A DNA stretch of 64,000 nt. It comes from Candidatus Ozemobacteraceae bacterium (GTDB taxonomy: Bacteria; Muiribacteriota; Ozemobacteria; Ozemobacterales; Ozemobacteraceae). The notes below the pieces were generated by a model. The model did no database searches. It worked only from the letters and a program-made list of their open reading frames with translations, and was not told the origin of the DNA. Position numbers and translations under genes: made by a program. This document shows positions 17,991-26,623 of this stretch, piece after piece. The DNA lies in the NCBI GenBank assembly GCA_965140445.1, contig OZ223236.1, positions 736,001-800,000 on the forward strand, given 5' to 3'. How positions within the stretch are numbered: position 1 is the first letter of the stretch; each line of letters begins with the position of its first letter.

Positions 17991-17999
17991 CAGTTAGAA

Positions 18000-19640
18000 C
18001 TATTCTTCCAGCATGTGTGGATAGGTGAAATCTGTTGGTGGACAAAAGTTTTCTTTGATTGTGCGTGGGCTAACCCAGCGCAATAGATTTAGTTTGCTTC
18101 CGGCTTTGTCATTGGTGCCACTGGCTCTTGCGCCACCGAATGGCTGCTGACCAACAACTGCTCCGGTTGGTTTGTCGTTAATATAGAAGTTACCAGCGGC
18201 ATTTTCCAACATATCCGTAGCTATTCTAATATTTTCCCTGCTGTCTGAGAAAACCGCGCCTGTTAAAGCATAAGGACTGGTTTGATCAAGGAGATCCAGA
18301 GTTTCGATTTCTTTTCCATCTTCATATACATAAACAGTGAGTACAGGGCCAAAAATTTCTTCTTCCATACTCTTATAGTCTGGAGTTTTGGCTTCAATTA
18401 CAGTTGGGTGGATGAAGTAGCCTTTGCTGTCATCATACTTGCCGCCAATTGCTACTTCTGCATCGCCGCTGGCTTTTGCGCCTTCAATATAAGAAACTAT
18501 TTTATCAAATGATTCTCGGTTTATGACCGCTCCCATGAAGTTTCTGAAGTCGCTTACATCGCCTATTTTTATCTGAGCCATTTTTTCTTCCAGCAATTTT
18601 TTTACTTCTGGCCAAATTGATTTTGGAAGATAGGCTCTACTGGCAGCAGAGCATTTTTGTCCCTGGTATTCAAAAGCGCCTCTAACCATTGCTGTGGCTA
18701 GAGCTTCTTTGTTTGTGTCACTAAAAGAGAAAATAAAGTCTTTCCCGCCAGTTTCGCCAACTATGCGTGGATAGCTTTTGTAAATTCCTGCACTCAGGTT
18801 TTCTCCAACAGTTTTCCACATTGAGTTAAAAACGTTGGTTGAGCCAGTGAAGTGGATTCCGCCAAGATCTCTATGATTAAGAACTACTTTGCCGATTTTG
18901 CTTCCGCGACCAGGAATCATGTTAATAACCCCATCTGGTAAGCCAGCTTCTTTTAGTATCTGCATAATGTAATAAGCGCTTAAAACAGCAGAGCTGGAAG
19001 GCTTGAATACACATACATTGCCCATTAGAGCAGGGGCTCCGACGAGATTTCCGGCAATAGCGGTAAAGTTAAAAGGTGTAATTGCGAAAACAAAACCTTC
19101 TAGTGGTCTATAATGAAGCTTATTCCAAATTCCTTCCGGATTAATTTCCGGCTGAGAAGAATAAATATCCTGCATGTAGCCAGTATTGAATCTCCAAAAA
19201 TCAATAAGTTCACAGGCAGAGTCTATTTCAGCCTGATAAGCAGTTTTACTTTGTCCAAGCATGGTGGCGGCGTTTAAAAGTGGTCTGTATTTTTTTGAAA
19301 GAAGTTCAGCAGCGCGCATAAAAATCGCCATTCTATCTTCTTTGCATACTTTCGCCCAGGTTTCTCTGGCATTTAAAGCGCTGTTTATAGCAAGCTGAAT
19401 TTCTTCTTCGCCGGCCAGATGATAAACACCAAGATCAAGGCTATGATCATGTGGACATTCAATCTTGGCAGTGTTTCCCGTTCTGATTTCTTTTCCACCA
19501 ATAATGATGGGAATATCCATGCGGGTATTTTTTTGTCGCTCTAGCTCTGCTTTTAATAGCTTCTTTTCTGCTGATCCAGGAGCGTAATTGAGAATAGGTT
19601 CGTTTTGGGGTTTGTAAGGGTTCAAAATACAGTTGCTCAT
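18000..19640 (-). CDS. pruA: L-glutamate gamma-semialdehyde / 1-pyrroline-5-carboxylate dehydrogenase
   Basis: ITPFNFTAI, FTGS, GETGGKDF, FEYQGQKCSA, EEIFGP, NDKPTGAVVGQQPFGG. Confidence 0.93.
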   Translation of the reverse strand: MSNCILNPYKPQNEPILNYAPGSAEKKLLKAELERQKNTRMDIPIIIGGKEIRTGNTAKIECPHDHSLDLGVYHLAGEEEIQLAINSALNARETWAKVCKEDRMAIFMRAAELLSKKYRPLLNAATMLGQSKTAYQAEIDSACELIDFWRFNTGYMQDIYSSQPEINPEGIWNKLHYRPLEGFVFAITPFNFTAIAGNLVGAPALMGNVCVFKPSSSAVLSAYYIMQILKEAGLPDGVINMIPGRGSKIGKVVLNHRDLGGIHFTGSTNVFNSMWKTVGENLSAGIYKSYPRIVGETGGKDFIFSFSDTNKEALATAMVRGAFEYQGQKCSAASRAYLPKSIWPEVKKLLEEKMAQIKIGDVSDFRNFMGAVINRESFDKIVSYIEGAKASGDAEVAIGGKYDDSKGYFIHPTVIEAKTPDYKSMEEEIFGPVLTVYVYEDGKEIETLDLLDQTSPYALTGAVFSDSRENIRIATDMLENAAGNFYINDKPTGAVVGQQPFGGARASGTNDKAGSKLNLLRWVSPRTIKENFCPPTDFTYPHMLEE

Positions 19641-19811
19641 CTTCCATCCTTCAAAATAGATTTTTTATTGTTACCATTTTACCTGATAATTTTGTAAAAA
19701 TACAAAGATCCTTGTTGTGTCGATAAAACCACGGTGTGTGGAGGAAAAATGGTTGAATCGACATAAATATATACAGATAAATTTGGTTTAAGTCAGAAAC
19801 AGATAATGGAG

Positions 19812-19846
19812 TGAAACGGTCTCTTTTTATGGAAAAGACCGTTTCA
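19812..19846 (-). terminator. Hairpin, probable terminator downstream of 19858..20325
   Basis: TGAAACGGTCT...AGACCGTTTCA inverted repeat; weak U-tail. Confidence 0.5.
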
Positions 19847-19857
19847 AGGCCTGAAAG

Positions 19858-20325
19858 TTACAGTTTGTAATCAATAATGGCCGAAATGCCCACGCCATAA
19901 ACTCTTTTTAGTTCTGTTGGGTTAAGAGAGCTGGTAGGAACTAAAGCTTGAATGTTAAATTTGTGCCCTTTGTCCAGCATGGACGAAATTGATAAAACAG
20001 CTTTTACCCGGTTTACATCTTCTGTCGGGCCTGTTACCTGACAGGCGCCAGCTTCAACACCTTGTCCAAATGTTAATATTGGAACAACTTTTGTTGCAGA
20101 ACGGTTTGGAATTCCTTTGTTTGCTAATATGCCATTAATAAAAGTATTCAACTCTTTTCCAAACTGGTTGATTAGCAATATTATTCCCGCTCCGGTAAGA
20201 ACTTTTTGCAGTGTTTTTTCAGCTCCTCCAAGTTTTATTTTAGGTAGCTTTAGAGCATCAGCTGGTTGTATTAAAAGAAAGCAGATAAATGCAGCAAGAA
20301 TAGTTGTTAAAATTGATTTTTTCAT
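19858..20325 (-). CDS. Hypothetical exported protein
   Basis: Signal peptide ending ADA; TKVVPIL...GACQVTGP segment; own TTGCAT-N17-TAGAAT promoter upstream. Confidence 0.7.
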   Translation of the reverse strand: MKKSILTTILAAFICFLLIQPADALKLPKIKLGGAEKTLQKVLTGAGIILLINQFGKELNTFINGILANKGIPNRSATKVVPILTFGQGVEAGACQVTGPTEDVNRVKAVLSISSMLDKGHKFNIQALVPTSSLNPTELKRVYGVGISAIIDYKL

Positions 20326-20445
20326 TTGTTTACCTCTACATTTTTATTTCTATAGTGAAATTCTATACCTGTAACTGGTGCAATGCAATCTGATGAATTT
20401 TCGCTATTTAGCTTGTAATGCGAAGAAGATTTTGCAATAAGTTGG

Positions 20446-20473
20446 AAAAAAAAGGGCCTGCCAGGCAGGCCCT
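20446..20473 (-). terminator. Terminator of the cpxP-like/EF-hand operon
   Basis: On the minus strand AGGGCCTGCCTGGCAGGCCCT followed by a T-run. Confidence 0.8.
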
Positions 20474-20550
20474 AAATCCGGTGAGAGGATTTGGAGATAT
20501 AAACAAGGTTACCGAATGGTTGTAAGCTTCAGTAACCTGAGGGGACTAAA

Positions 20551-21195
20551 TTATCTGCGTCTTTTTCCGCCTTTTCGGCCAAAGCCACGTTTTCCCTTCA
20601 TTTCTGTTTTCATTGCTTCTTTTTCGGTGTCGCTGAGAGTTCCGTCGCCGTCAGTGTCAAATTTCTGCAACATTTGCTGCTGTCTGTCACCATTTTTGGT
20701 GCCTCTTTGGCTTTGTCTGGCGGCTTTCATTGCTTCTTTTTCGGTGTCGCTGAGGGTTCCGTCGCCGTCAGTGTCAAATTTCTGCAACATTTGCTGCTGC
20801 CTGTCACCATTTTTAGTGCCTCTTTGGCTTTGTCTGGCGGTTTTCATTGCTTCTTTTTCGGTGTCGCTTAGAGTTCCGTCACCGTCAGTGTCAAATTTCT
20901 TAATCATTTCCTGATACCTTGGATTGTTTGCTCTTGAAGCTTCCATGGCTGCTTTTTCAGTTTCACTGAGGGTTCCGTCGCCATTGGTATCAAATTTTTT
21001 GATCATATCTTGCATGTTTCCATGCCCTCTGCTTCTATCGCCTTTTTGAAAGTCGCTCTGGGATGGAGATCCCCATGAGCCTACGAATGATACTGGATCG
21101 CTGTTCTCTGAATTTGAAGTTGCTTCAGCTAGAACGGAAGAATTAAGAGATACTAAGCCAGCTAAGATTCCTATTAGTGCTAATTTCTTTTTCAT
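20551..21195 (-). CDS. Secreted EF-hand calcium-binding repeat protein
   Basis: Signal peptide; four canonical EF loops, DTNGDGTLSETE and 3x DTDGDGTLSDTE; basic Gly/Arg/Lys tail. Confidence 0.85.
   Translation of the reverse strand: MKKKLALIGILAGLVSLNSSVLAEATSNSENSDPVSFVGSWGSPSQSDFQKGDRSRGHGNMQDMIKKFDTNGDGTLSETEKAAMEASRANNPRYQEMIKKFDTDGDGTLSDTEKEAMKTARQSQRGTKNGDRQQQMLQKFDTDGDGTLSDTEKEAMKAARQSQRGTKNGDRQQQMLQKFDTDGDGTLSDTEKEAMKTEMKGKRGFGRKGGKRRR
20608..20900. repeat. Intragenic tandem repeat, 117 bp unit (39 aa), about 2.5 copies
   Basis: CATTGCTTCTTTTTCGGTGTCGCT recurs at 20611, 20728 and 20845. Confidence 0.9.
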
Positions 21196-21213
21196 TGGAT
21201 TTCCTCCTGGAAA

Positions 21214-21786
21214 TTATAAGTCTGATTCCATTATGTCTTCGTTAGATGAATCAACGGGGTCCTGTTGATAGAATGGTGGAGGCGGAGGTGGCATCATATG
21301 CCTACCCATTCCATGTCTACCCATCCCATGTTTTCCCATAAAGAATTTCATGTGGGATTTTCTCATTTCATCCATTTTTTTCAACTGATCTTCTGAAAGG
21401 ATTTTTTCCAGTTCCTTTTTCATTTCCAGATGCATTAACATTCCCTGTTCCATTTTTTTGGATATTTCAGAAACAAAGGACTTTACCTCTTCTGGTGATT
21501 CAGGTTTTTTCAGTTCAGGCATCTTATGTCCTTTGCCCATTCCTAATAGTTCAGCTTTCTTTGAAAATTTTTGGAAAACCATTCTCAATTGGATTAACTG
21601 AGTGTTGGAAATTCCTATTTCATCGGCAAATTTAAAAAACTCAAACATTGGCATTACATGCATGCCTCTTCCCATTTTATGTAGCTGATGGCCTTTTCGC
21701 ATTACGGACGTATCCGCTGAATATATTGCAAATCCGGTTGCTAATGAAAACAGTGCTAGAAAATAAACAAATCTTGGTAATTTCAT
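21214..21786 (-). CDS. Periplasmic Spy/CpxP-like, Met/His-rich protein
   Basis: Signal peptide, IGISNTQ and ILSEDQ (LTxxQ-like) motifs, HGMGRHGMGRHMM; divergent from a cpxRA-like pair. Confidence 0.7.
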   Translation of the reverse strand: MKLPRFVYFLALFSLATGFAIYSADTSVMRKGHQLHKMGRGMHVMPMFEFFKFADEIGISNTQLIQLRMVFQKFSKKAELLGMGKGHKMPELKKPESPEEVKSFVSEISKKMEQGMLMHLEMKKELEKILSEDQLKKMDEMRKSHMKFFMGKHGMGRHGMGRHMMPPPPPPFYQQDPVDSSNEDIMESDL

Positions 21787-21828
21787 AAAAGTCCCCCTTT
21801 TTCGATGCTTTATTATAATTTATCTTAG

Positions 21829-21905
21829 CTTAATTTGGGCTTAAGCCTCATTAAATCAATGTTAAGAAATGTTAACCCTTGTGTTTTGCTCTTAATAAAA
21901 CTTAA
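21829..21905. promoter_or_regulatory. Phased direct-repeat array, probable CpxR/OmpR-family binding sites
   Basis: TTAA at 21830, 21841, 21851, 21862, 21872, 21892, 21902; includes GTTAA-N5-GTTAA. Confidence 0.6.
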
Positions 21906-21985
21906 CCTTTTGTTCGTGTAACTTCACTTGCTTGCCAGATCAAATTGCAGCAGAATTAAATTAGAAACTAATTTGGAGATTTATA

Positions 21986-22684
21986 ATGAAAAAAATCCTT
22001 ATCATTGATGATGATGTTGAACTTTGTGAACTTCTTGAAGAGTATCTTACCGGCCAGGAATTCATGGTTGAAAAGCTTCATGATGGTAAGGAAGGGCTGG
22101 AATATGGTTTAAAGACTATTCCCGATTTAATTATTCTGGACGTAATGTTGCCAGGTATGAATGGCTTTGAGGTTCTTCGCGGATTGAGAGCAGAATCTAC
22201 CATTCCCATAATCATGCTTACTGCAAAAGGCGAAGAGATAGATCGTATCGTCGGGTTAGAATTGGGGGCAGATGATTATCTACCGAAGCCTTTTAATCCA
22301 AGAGAACTCTTAGCAAGGGTGCGGGCAGTATTTAGGAGAATTGGCAAAAGCGATAAAGACTCCACAGAAGAAGGGCATCGCATTGAAGTCGGAGATGTTG
22401 TTCTTGATAAAAATACTCAAACGGTTTACAAGGATTCTGAGCAGATAACATTGACCTCTGTGGAGTTTCAAATTTTGAAAATTTTACTTGAGAATGCTGG
22501 GAAAGTCGTTGAAAGGCCGGATCTTTCAGAAAAAGTTCTGGGCAGGCGACTTAGTTATGATGATCGCAGTATAGATGTGCATTTAAGCAATTTACGAAAA
22601 AAACTTGGTCATAAGCTTGGCGATCTTGAGCGCATAAAAACCGTAAGGGGAACAGGTTATTTATATGTCAAACTCCAGGAATAA
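21986..22684 (+). CDS. cpxR: OmpR-family response regulator, CpxR-like
   Basis: IDDDVELCELL, LDVMLP, GLELGADDYLPKPFNPRELLAR, DRSIDVHLSNLRKKL, TVRGTGY. Confidence 0.8.
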   Translation: MKKILIIDDDVELCELLEEYLTGQEFMVEKLHDGKEGLEYGLKTIPDLIILDVMLPGMNGFEVLRGLRAESTIPIIMLTAKGEEIDRIVGLELGADDYLPKPFNPRELLARVRAVFRRIGKSDKDSTEEGHRIEVGDVVLDKNTQTVYKDSEQITLTSVEFQILKILLENAGKVVERPDLSEKVLGRRLSYDDRSIDVHLSNLRKKLGHKLGDLERIKTVRGTGYLYVKLQE

Positions 22685-24236
22685 TCCTTTAAATAAAGAG
22701 TTGGAAACAAGGATCGATAACCATAAACTTCCAGGAAGGTTTTCTGGAATGTTTTTTAAACTATTTTTTGGGATTTGGTTTACGGCCTTGCTAACTTCAA
22801 TCTTTGTTGGGGTTTGGGGATATTTTTTCCACTTTAAACCTGATAGAGCTAGATTTGCTGAAATGGGGCAGAATTTTTTACAAGCTCATGGAAAAAGCCT
22901 GGTTGATCTTTATGAATCAAATGGTGGAGATGCTGTAGAAAGATTTGAACCTCCCGGGCTCCTGATTATTTTTGATTCAGAAAAAAAACTCATTCTGAAA
23001 TTTGATAAGCATCCAAATCCTCCCGGTATGCGTCGGGGAGGCTGGGGAGGAAGACCACCGGAAGATGAAGGTGGCTTTAGCTTTCATGGAAAGCAAAATA
23101 ACCGTAAAGAAGTCGGGCGATCTCCAGGACCTGAAAGATTTAGTGAGATAAATTGGGAAACCCCTGAAATTTATAGTTTTTTGAGCAGCCTGGATAATGA
23201 AAACGAGGGCTCTTTTCTTGAGATAAGGGGAAGAATCGTAATTGGTGCCAAAATTTTATCTAATTCGGGAAAAGGCTATTACATTCTAAAAGGCTTGCCA
23301 AGAGAGCTGAGTATGAAGCACGAAAGATTTTTTAAGGCTATTTTTACTATTACGCCTATTTTTCTATTCACAACAACTATTTTATGCTTCTTTCTCACCA
23401 GATCATTTGTTAGGCCTGTAAATGATTTGAGAAGGGTGAGCAGAGAATTTTCAAATGGAAATCTTAAGGCAAGACCCGGACAAAAAGAGCTTGAACGAAA
23501 AGACGAAATTGGCGATTTAACCAGAGATTTCAATCATATGTCAGAGAAGATTGAATCAATGATGGTTTCTCAAAAACGTCTTTTAAGTGATATTTCCCAT
23601 GAGTTAAGATCGCCTTTAGCAAGGCTTAAGGTTGCTCTTGAATTACTAATCGAAAAATCAACAGAAGATTCAAAAAAATTAATAAGCAGAATTGATACCG
23701 AGACTGATCGTCTCAACTCAATGATTGGCCAGGTTTTGGAGCTATCAAGAGCGGATTTAACGCAAAACTATGACCAGAAAAAAGATTTGAATCTATATGA
23801 AATTTTGGAAAAAGTTGTGGTGGATGCACGCTTTGAGGCTGCTTCCAAAAAATGTGAAATAGTGCTGGAGACAAATGAAAAATCATTAGAAATAGGATGT
23901 TTTGAAGATCAGTTGAACCGAGCCATTGAAAATGTGATTCGAAATGCAATTAAATATAGCCCGGAAAACTCTAAAATATCCGTATCCATGGCAGCTGAAA
24001 AAAATAATGTTCAGATAATTATCTCAGACAGTGGGCCTGGTGTTGCTGAAGAAGAACTTGGACGATTGTTTGAACCGTTTTATCGAGTAAATACGGCAAG
24101 GGATAGAAAAACCGGAGGCGCTGGCCTGGGATTGGCGATTTCAAGAAAAGCAGTTGAGTCTCATAAAGGCAAAATCAGCGCAAAGAACGGAAAAAATGGT
24201 GGATTAGAAGTTTATATAGAATTGCCCCTTCTCTAA
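22665..24236 (+). CDS. cpxA: Sensor histidine kinase, CpxA-like
   Basis: Two TM segments, HAMP, LLSDISHELRSPLARL, ENVIRNAIKYS, DSGPG, GGAGLGLAI. Confidence 0.8.
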   Translation: MSNSRNNPLNKELETRIDNHKLPGRFSGMFFKLFFGIWFTALLTSIFVGVWGYFFHFKPDRARFAEMGQNFLQAHGKSLVDLYESNGGDAVERFEPPGLLIIFDSEKKLILKFDKHPNPPGMRRGGWGGRPPEDEGGFSFHGKQNNRKEVGRSPGPERFSEINWETPEIYSFLSSLDNENEGSFLEIRGRIVIGAKILSNSGKGYYILKGLPRELSMKHERFFKAIFTITPIFLFTTTILCFFLTRSFVRPVNDLRRVSREFSNGNLKARPGQKELERKDEIGDLTRDFNHMSEKIESMMVSQKRLLSDISHELRSPLARLKVALELLIEKSTEDSKKLISRIDTETDRLNSMIGQVLELSRADLTQNYDQKKDLNLYEILEKVVVDARFEAASKKCEIVLETNEKSLEIGCFEDQLNRAIENVIRNAIKYSPENSKISVSMAAEKNNVQIIISDSGPGVAEEELGRLFEPFYRVNTARDRKTGGAGLGLAISRKAVESHKGKISAKNGKNGGLEVYIELPLL

Positions 24237-24295
24237 AACCTCTTTTTCCTGCATAATGGGTAATCGATTAGCACAAGATTATTTGAGAGGGTTTT

Positions 24296-24721
24296 ATGTC
24301 TTCCTATTTGGTTTTTCCTACCTTTTTTCTGGGTTTTCTACTTATCTGGGTATTGGTCATAAAGTTGATCATGTGGCTGTCTGGTTTGACAAAACTTGCA
24401 AGCCGTCATCCATTTGTTGAATCAAGAATTAGTTCGGAAGAGATTAAAAGATGGGATTATGTTTCTGGTTCAATAAATAAAAACTCTTTTAGAAATGCTC
24501 TATCAATAGTTATTCACGAAGAAGGACTATTGATTTCTCCTTTTTTTCTTTTCAGAGTTGGCGCTGGCAAAGCTTTGATTCCATGGTCTGAGGTTCAGTT
24601 TAATGGAGTTTCTGTTGAAGGATGCTTTGAATGGACTGATTTCGAAGCTGCAGGGGTCAGATTTCATCTTTTTGGAAACATGGAAGAAATTCAAAATTTT
24701 GCTGAGTCTTCTTCTGAATAA
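24296..24721 (+). CDS. Hypothetical membrane-anchored protein
   Basis: N-terminal TM helix, GAGAGG RBS, IPWSEV motif often seen in bacterial PH-like domains. Confidence 0.6.
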   Translation: MSSYLVFPTFFLGFLLIWVLVIKLIMWLSGLTKLASRHPFVESRISSEEIKRWDYVSGSINKNSFRNALSIVIHEEGLLISPFFLFRVGAGKALIPWSEVQFNGVSVEGCFEWTDFEAAGVRFHLFGNMEEIQNFAESSSE

Positions 24722-24732
24722 AGCGCTTTTAC

Positions 24733-24761
24733 TTGCATCAAATAGCTTGTTAGGCTAAACT
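24733..24761 (+). promoter_or_regulatory. Sigma70-type promoter for aspS
   Basis: TTGCAT-N17-TAAACT. Confidence 0.55.
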
Positions 24762-24795
24762 GACACTCAAAATTTATAACAAAGGGATAACTCTG

Positions 24796-26571
24796 ATGCA
24801 TCCTTATAGAACTCATAATTGTGGCGAATTACGTGGAACTGATGAAGGCAAGGAAGTCCGTCTTTCTGGCTGGATTCACAGAAAAAGAAATCTTGGCGGA
24901 GTTTTATTTATTACTCTTAGAGATAGTTATGGTATAACTCAGGTCCTGGTTGAGCCTGGCACTAAAATTCATGAGCAAATGGAAGACATCAGGGTTGAAT
25001 CTGTTATCACAATTGATGGCATCGTTCGCAGCCGAGGCGAAAATATCAATAAGGATATGCCGACTGGTGAAATCGAGGTTGAAGCAAACACTCTTGAAGT
25101 GCAGAGTCACGCTGATATTCTTCCTTTCCAGGTGGCAGACGATGACAATGCACCTGAATCAACCCGCTTGACCTATAGATTTCTTGATTTAAGAAAAGAG
25201 AAACTTCATAACAACATTATGTTGCGCTCTAAGGTTATATTCAGCATTCGCAAAAGAATGATGGATATGGGATTCAACGAATTTCAAACTCCTATTCTGA
25301 CAAGTAGCTCACCAGAAGGTGCAAGAGATTATCTTGTGCCAAGTCGACTTTATCCAGGCAAATTCTATGCTTTACCTCAAGCTCCACAGCAATTTAAACA
25401 GCTTTTGATGGTTTCTGGTTTCGATCGATATTTTCAGATTGCACCATGTTTCAGAGATGAGGATGCCAGGGCAGATCGCTCTCCTGGCGAATTCTATCAG
25501 TTAGACGTTGAAATGGCTTATGCCACTCAGGAAGACGTTTTTGAAGCTCTTGAAAAGATGTTTTATGGCCTGTTCACAGAATTCTCCGATTGGGATGTGA
25601 CTCCAGCTCCATTTCCAAGAATTCCTTTTGAAGAAGCTATGCTCAAATATGGATCAGATAAGCCAGATCTAAGATTTGGACTTGAAATTAACGATGTTTC
25701 AGATATTTTCGCCAGATCAGACTTTAATGCCTTTAAAGGTGTTGTGGAAAGCGGTGGCGTAGTTCGCGCTATTGCGGTTCCTGGTCTTGCTGAGAAATCT
25801 CGTAAATTTTTTAAAGACCTGGAAGAATTCGCAAAAGAAGCTGGTGCTAAAGGATTAGCCAGTCTTAATTTTATGGCTGATGGCGAAGTTAAGGGAAGCC
25901 TTGCTAAGCCACTTTCAGATGAAACAAAAAATGAGCTGAAAACATCACTCCAGGCCGGTGAAAATAGTTCTATTTTGATCGTAGCAGACAAAGCAGATGT
26001 GGCGGCCAAAATCCTTGGTAGAGTTCGCCTGCATTTGGCTGATTTGCTTGATTTGCGCAAAAAGAACTGCTTTAAATTCTGTTGGATTGTTGATTTTCCA
26101 ATGTTTGAAAAAGATGAAGAAACCGGAAAAATCGAATTTAGTCACAATCCTTTCTCAATGCCACAGGGCGGAATGGAAGCCCTTGAAACTCAGGACCCTT
26201 TGAGTATTAAAGCCTATCAATATGATATCGTTTGTAACGGAACTGAACTTAGCTCTGGTGCAATAAGAAACCATAAGCCGGAAATCATGTATAAAGCCTT
26301 TGAAATAGCTGGATATGACAATGCTGTGGTGGATGATAAGTTTGGTGGAATGATTAAAGCCTTCAAATTTGGCGCTCCTCCACATGGTGGAATTGCTCCT
26401 GGAGTAGACAGGATAGTGATGTTGCTGGCAAACGAGCCAAACATTCGTGAAGTAATAGCCTTTCCAATGAACCAGAATGCACAAGATCTTCTTATGCAGG
26501 CTCCGGGCGAAGTTAATCCTGAGCAACTAAAAGAACTAAGTCTTCAAGTTGTCCAGGAAGAAAAGAAATAG
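24796..26571 (+). CDS. aspS: Aspartate--tRNA ligase
   Basis: [59 protein letters not shown]. Confidence 0.97.
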   Translation: MHPYRTHNCGELRGTDEGKEVRLSGWIHRKRNLGGVLFITLRDSYGITQVLVEPGTKIHEQMEDIRVESVITIDGIVRSRGENINKDMPTGEIEVEANTLEVQSHADILPFQVADDDNAPESTRLTYRFLDLRKEKLHNNIMLRSKVIFSIRKRMMDMGFNEFQTPILTSSSPEGARDYLVPSRLYPGKFYALPQAPQQFKQLLMVSGFDRYFQIAPCFRDEDARADRSPGEFYQLDVEMAYATQEDVFEALEKMFYGLFTEFSDWDVTPAPFPRIPFEEAMLKYGSDKPDLRFGLEINDVSDIFARSDFNAFKGVVESGGVVRAIAVPGLAEKSRKFFKDLEEFAKEAGAKGLASLNFMADGEVKGSLAKPLSDETKNELKTSLQAGENSSILIVADKADVAAKILGRVRLHLADLLDLRKKNCFKFCWIVDFPMFEKDEETGKIEFSHNPFSMPQGGMEALETQDPLSIKAYQYDIVCNGTELSSGAIRNHKPEIMYKAFEIAGYDNAVVDDKFGGMIKAFKFGAPPHGGIAPGVDRIVMLLANEPNIREVIAFPMNQNAQDLLMQAPGEVNPEQLKELSLQVVQEEKK

Positions 26572-26574
26572 ATT

Positions 26575-26610
26575 AAAAAGGCGTTTCAGATTCTGAAACG
26601 CCTTTTAATT
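26575..26610 (+). terminator. Intrinsic terminator after aspS
   Basis: AAAAGGCGTTTCAG...CTGAAACGCCTTTT. Confidence 0.8.
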
Positions 26611-26623
26611 TTAGGAACAAGCA

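Noticed and set aside
20516..20914. Repetitive Cys-rich plus-strand ORF, or a CRISPR-like repeat
   Set aside because: It is the reverse complement of the 117 bp EF-hand coding repeat; there are no unique spacers and no cas genes.
24722..24795. T-box leader before aspS
   Set aside because: Only about 30 nt between promoter and start codon; no T-box sequence.
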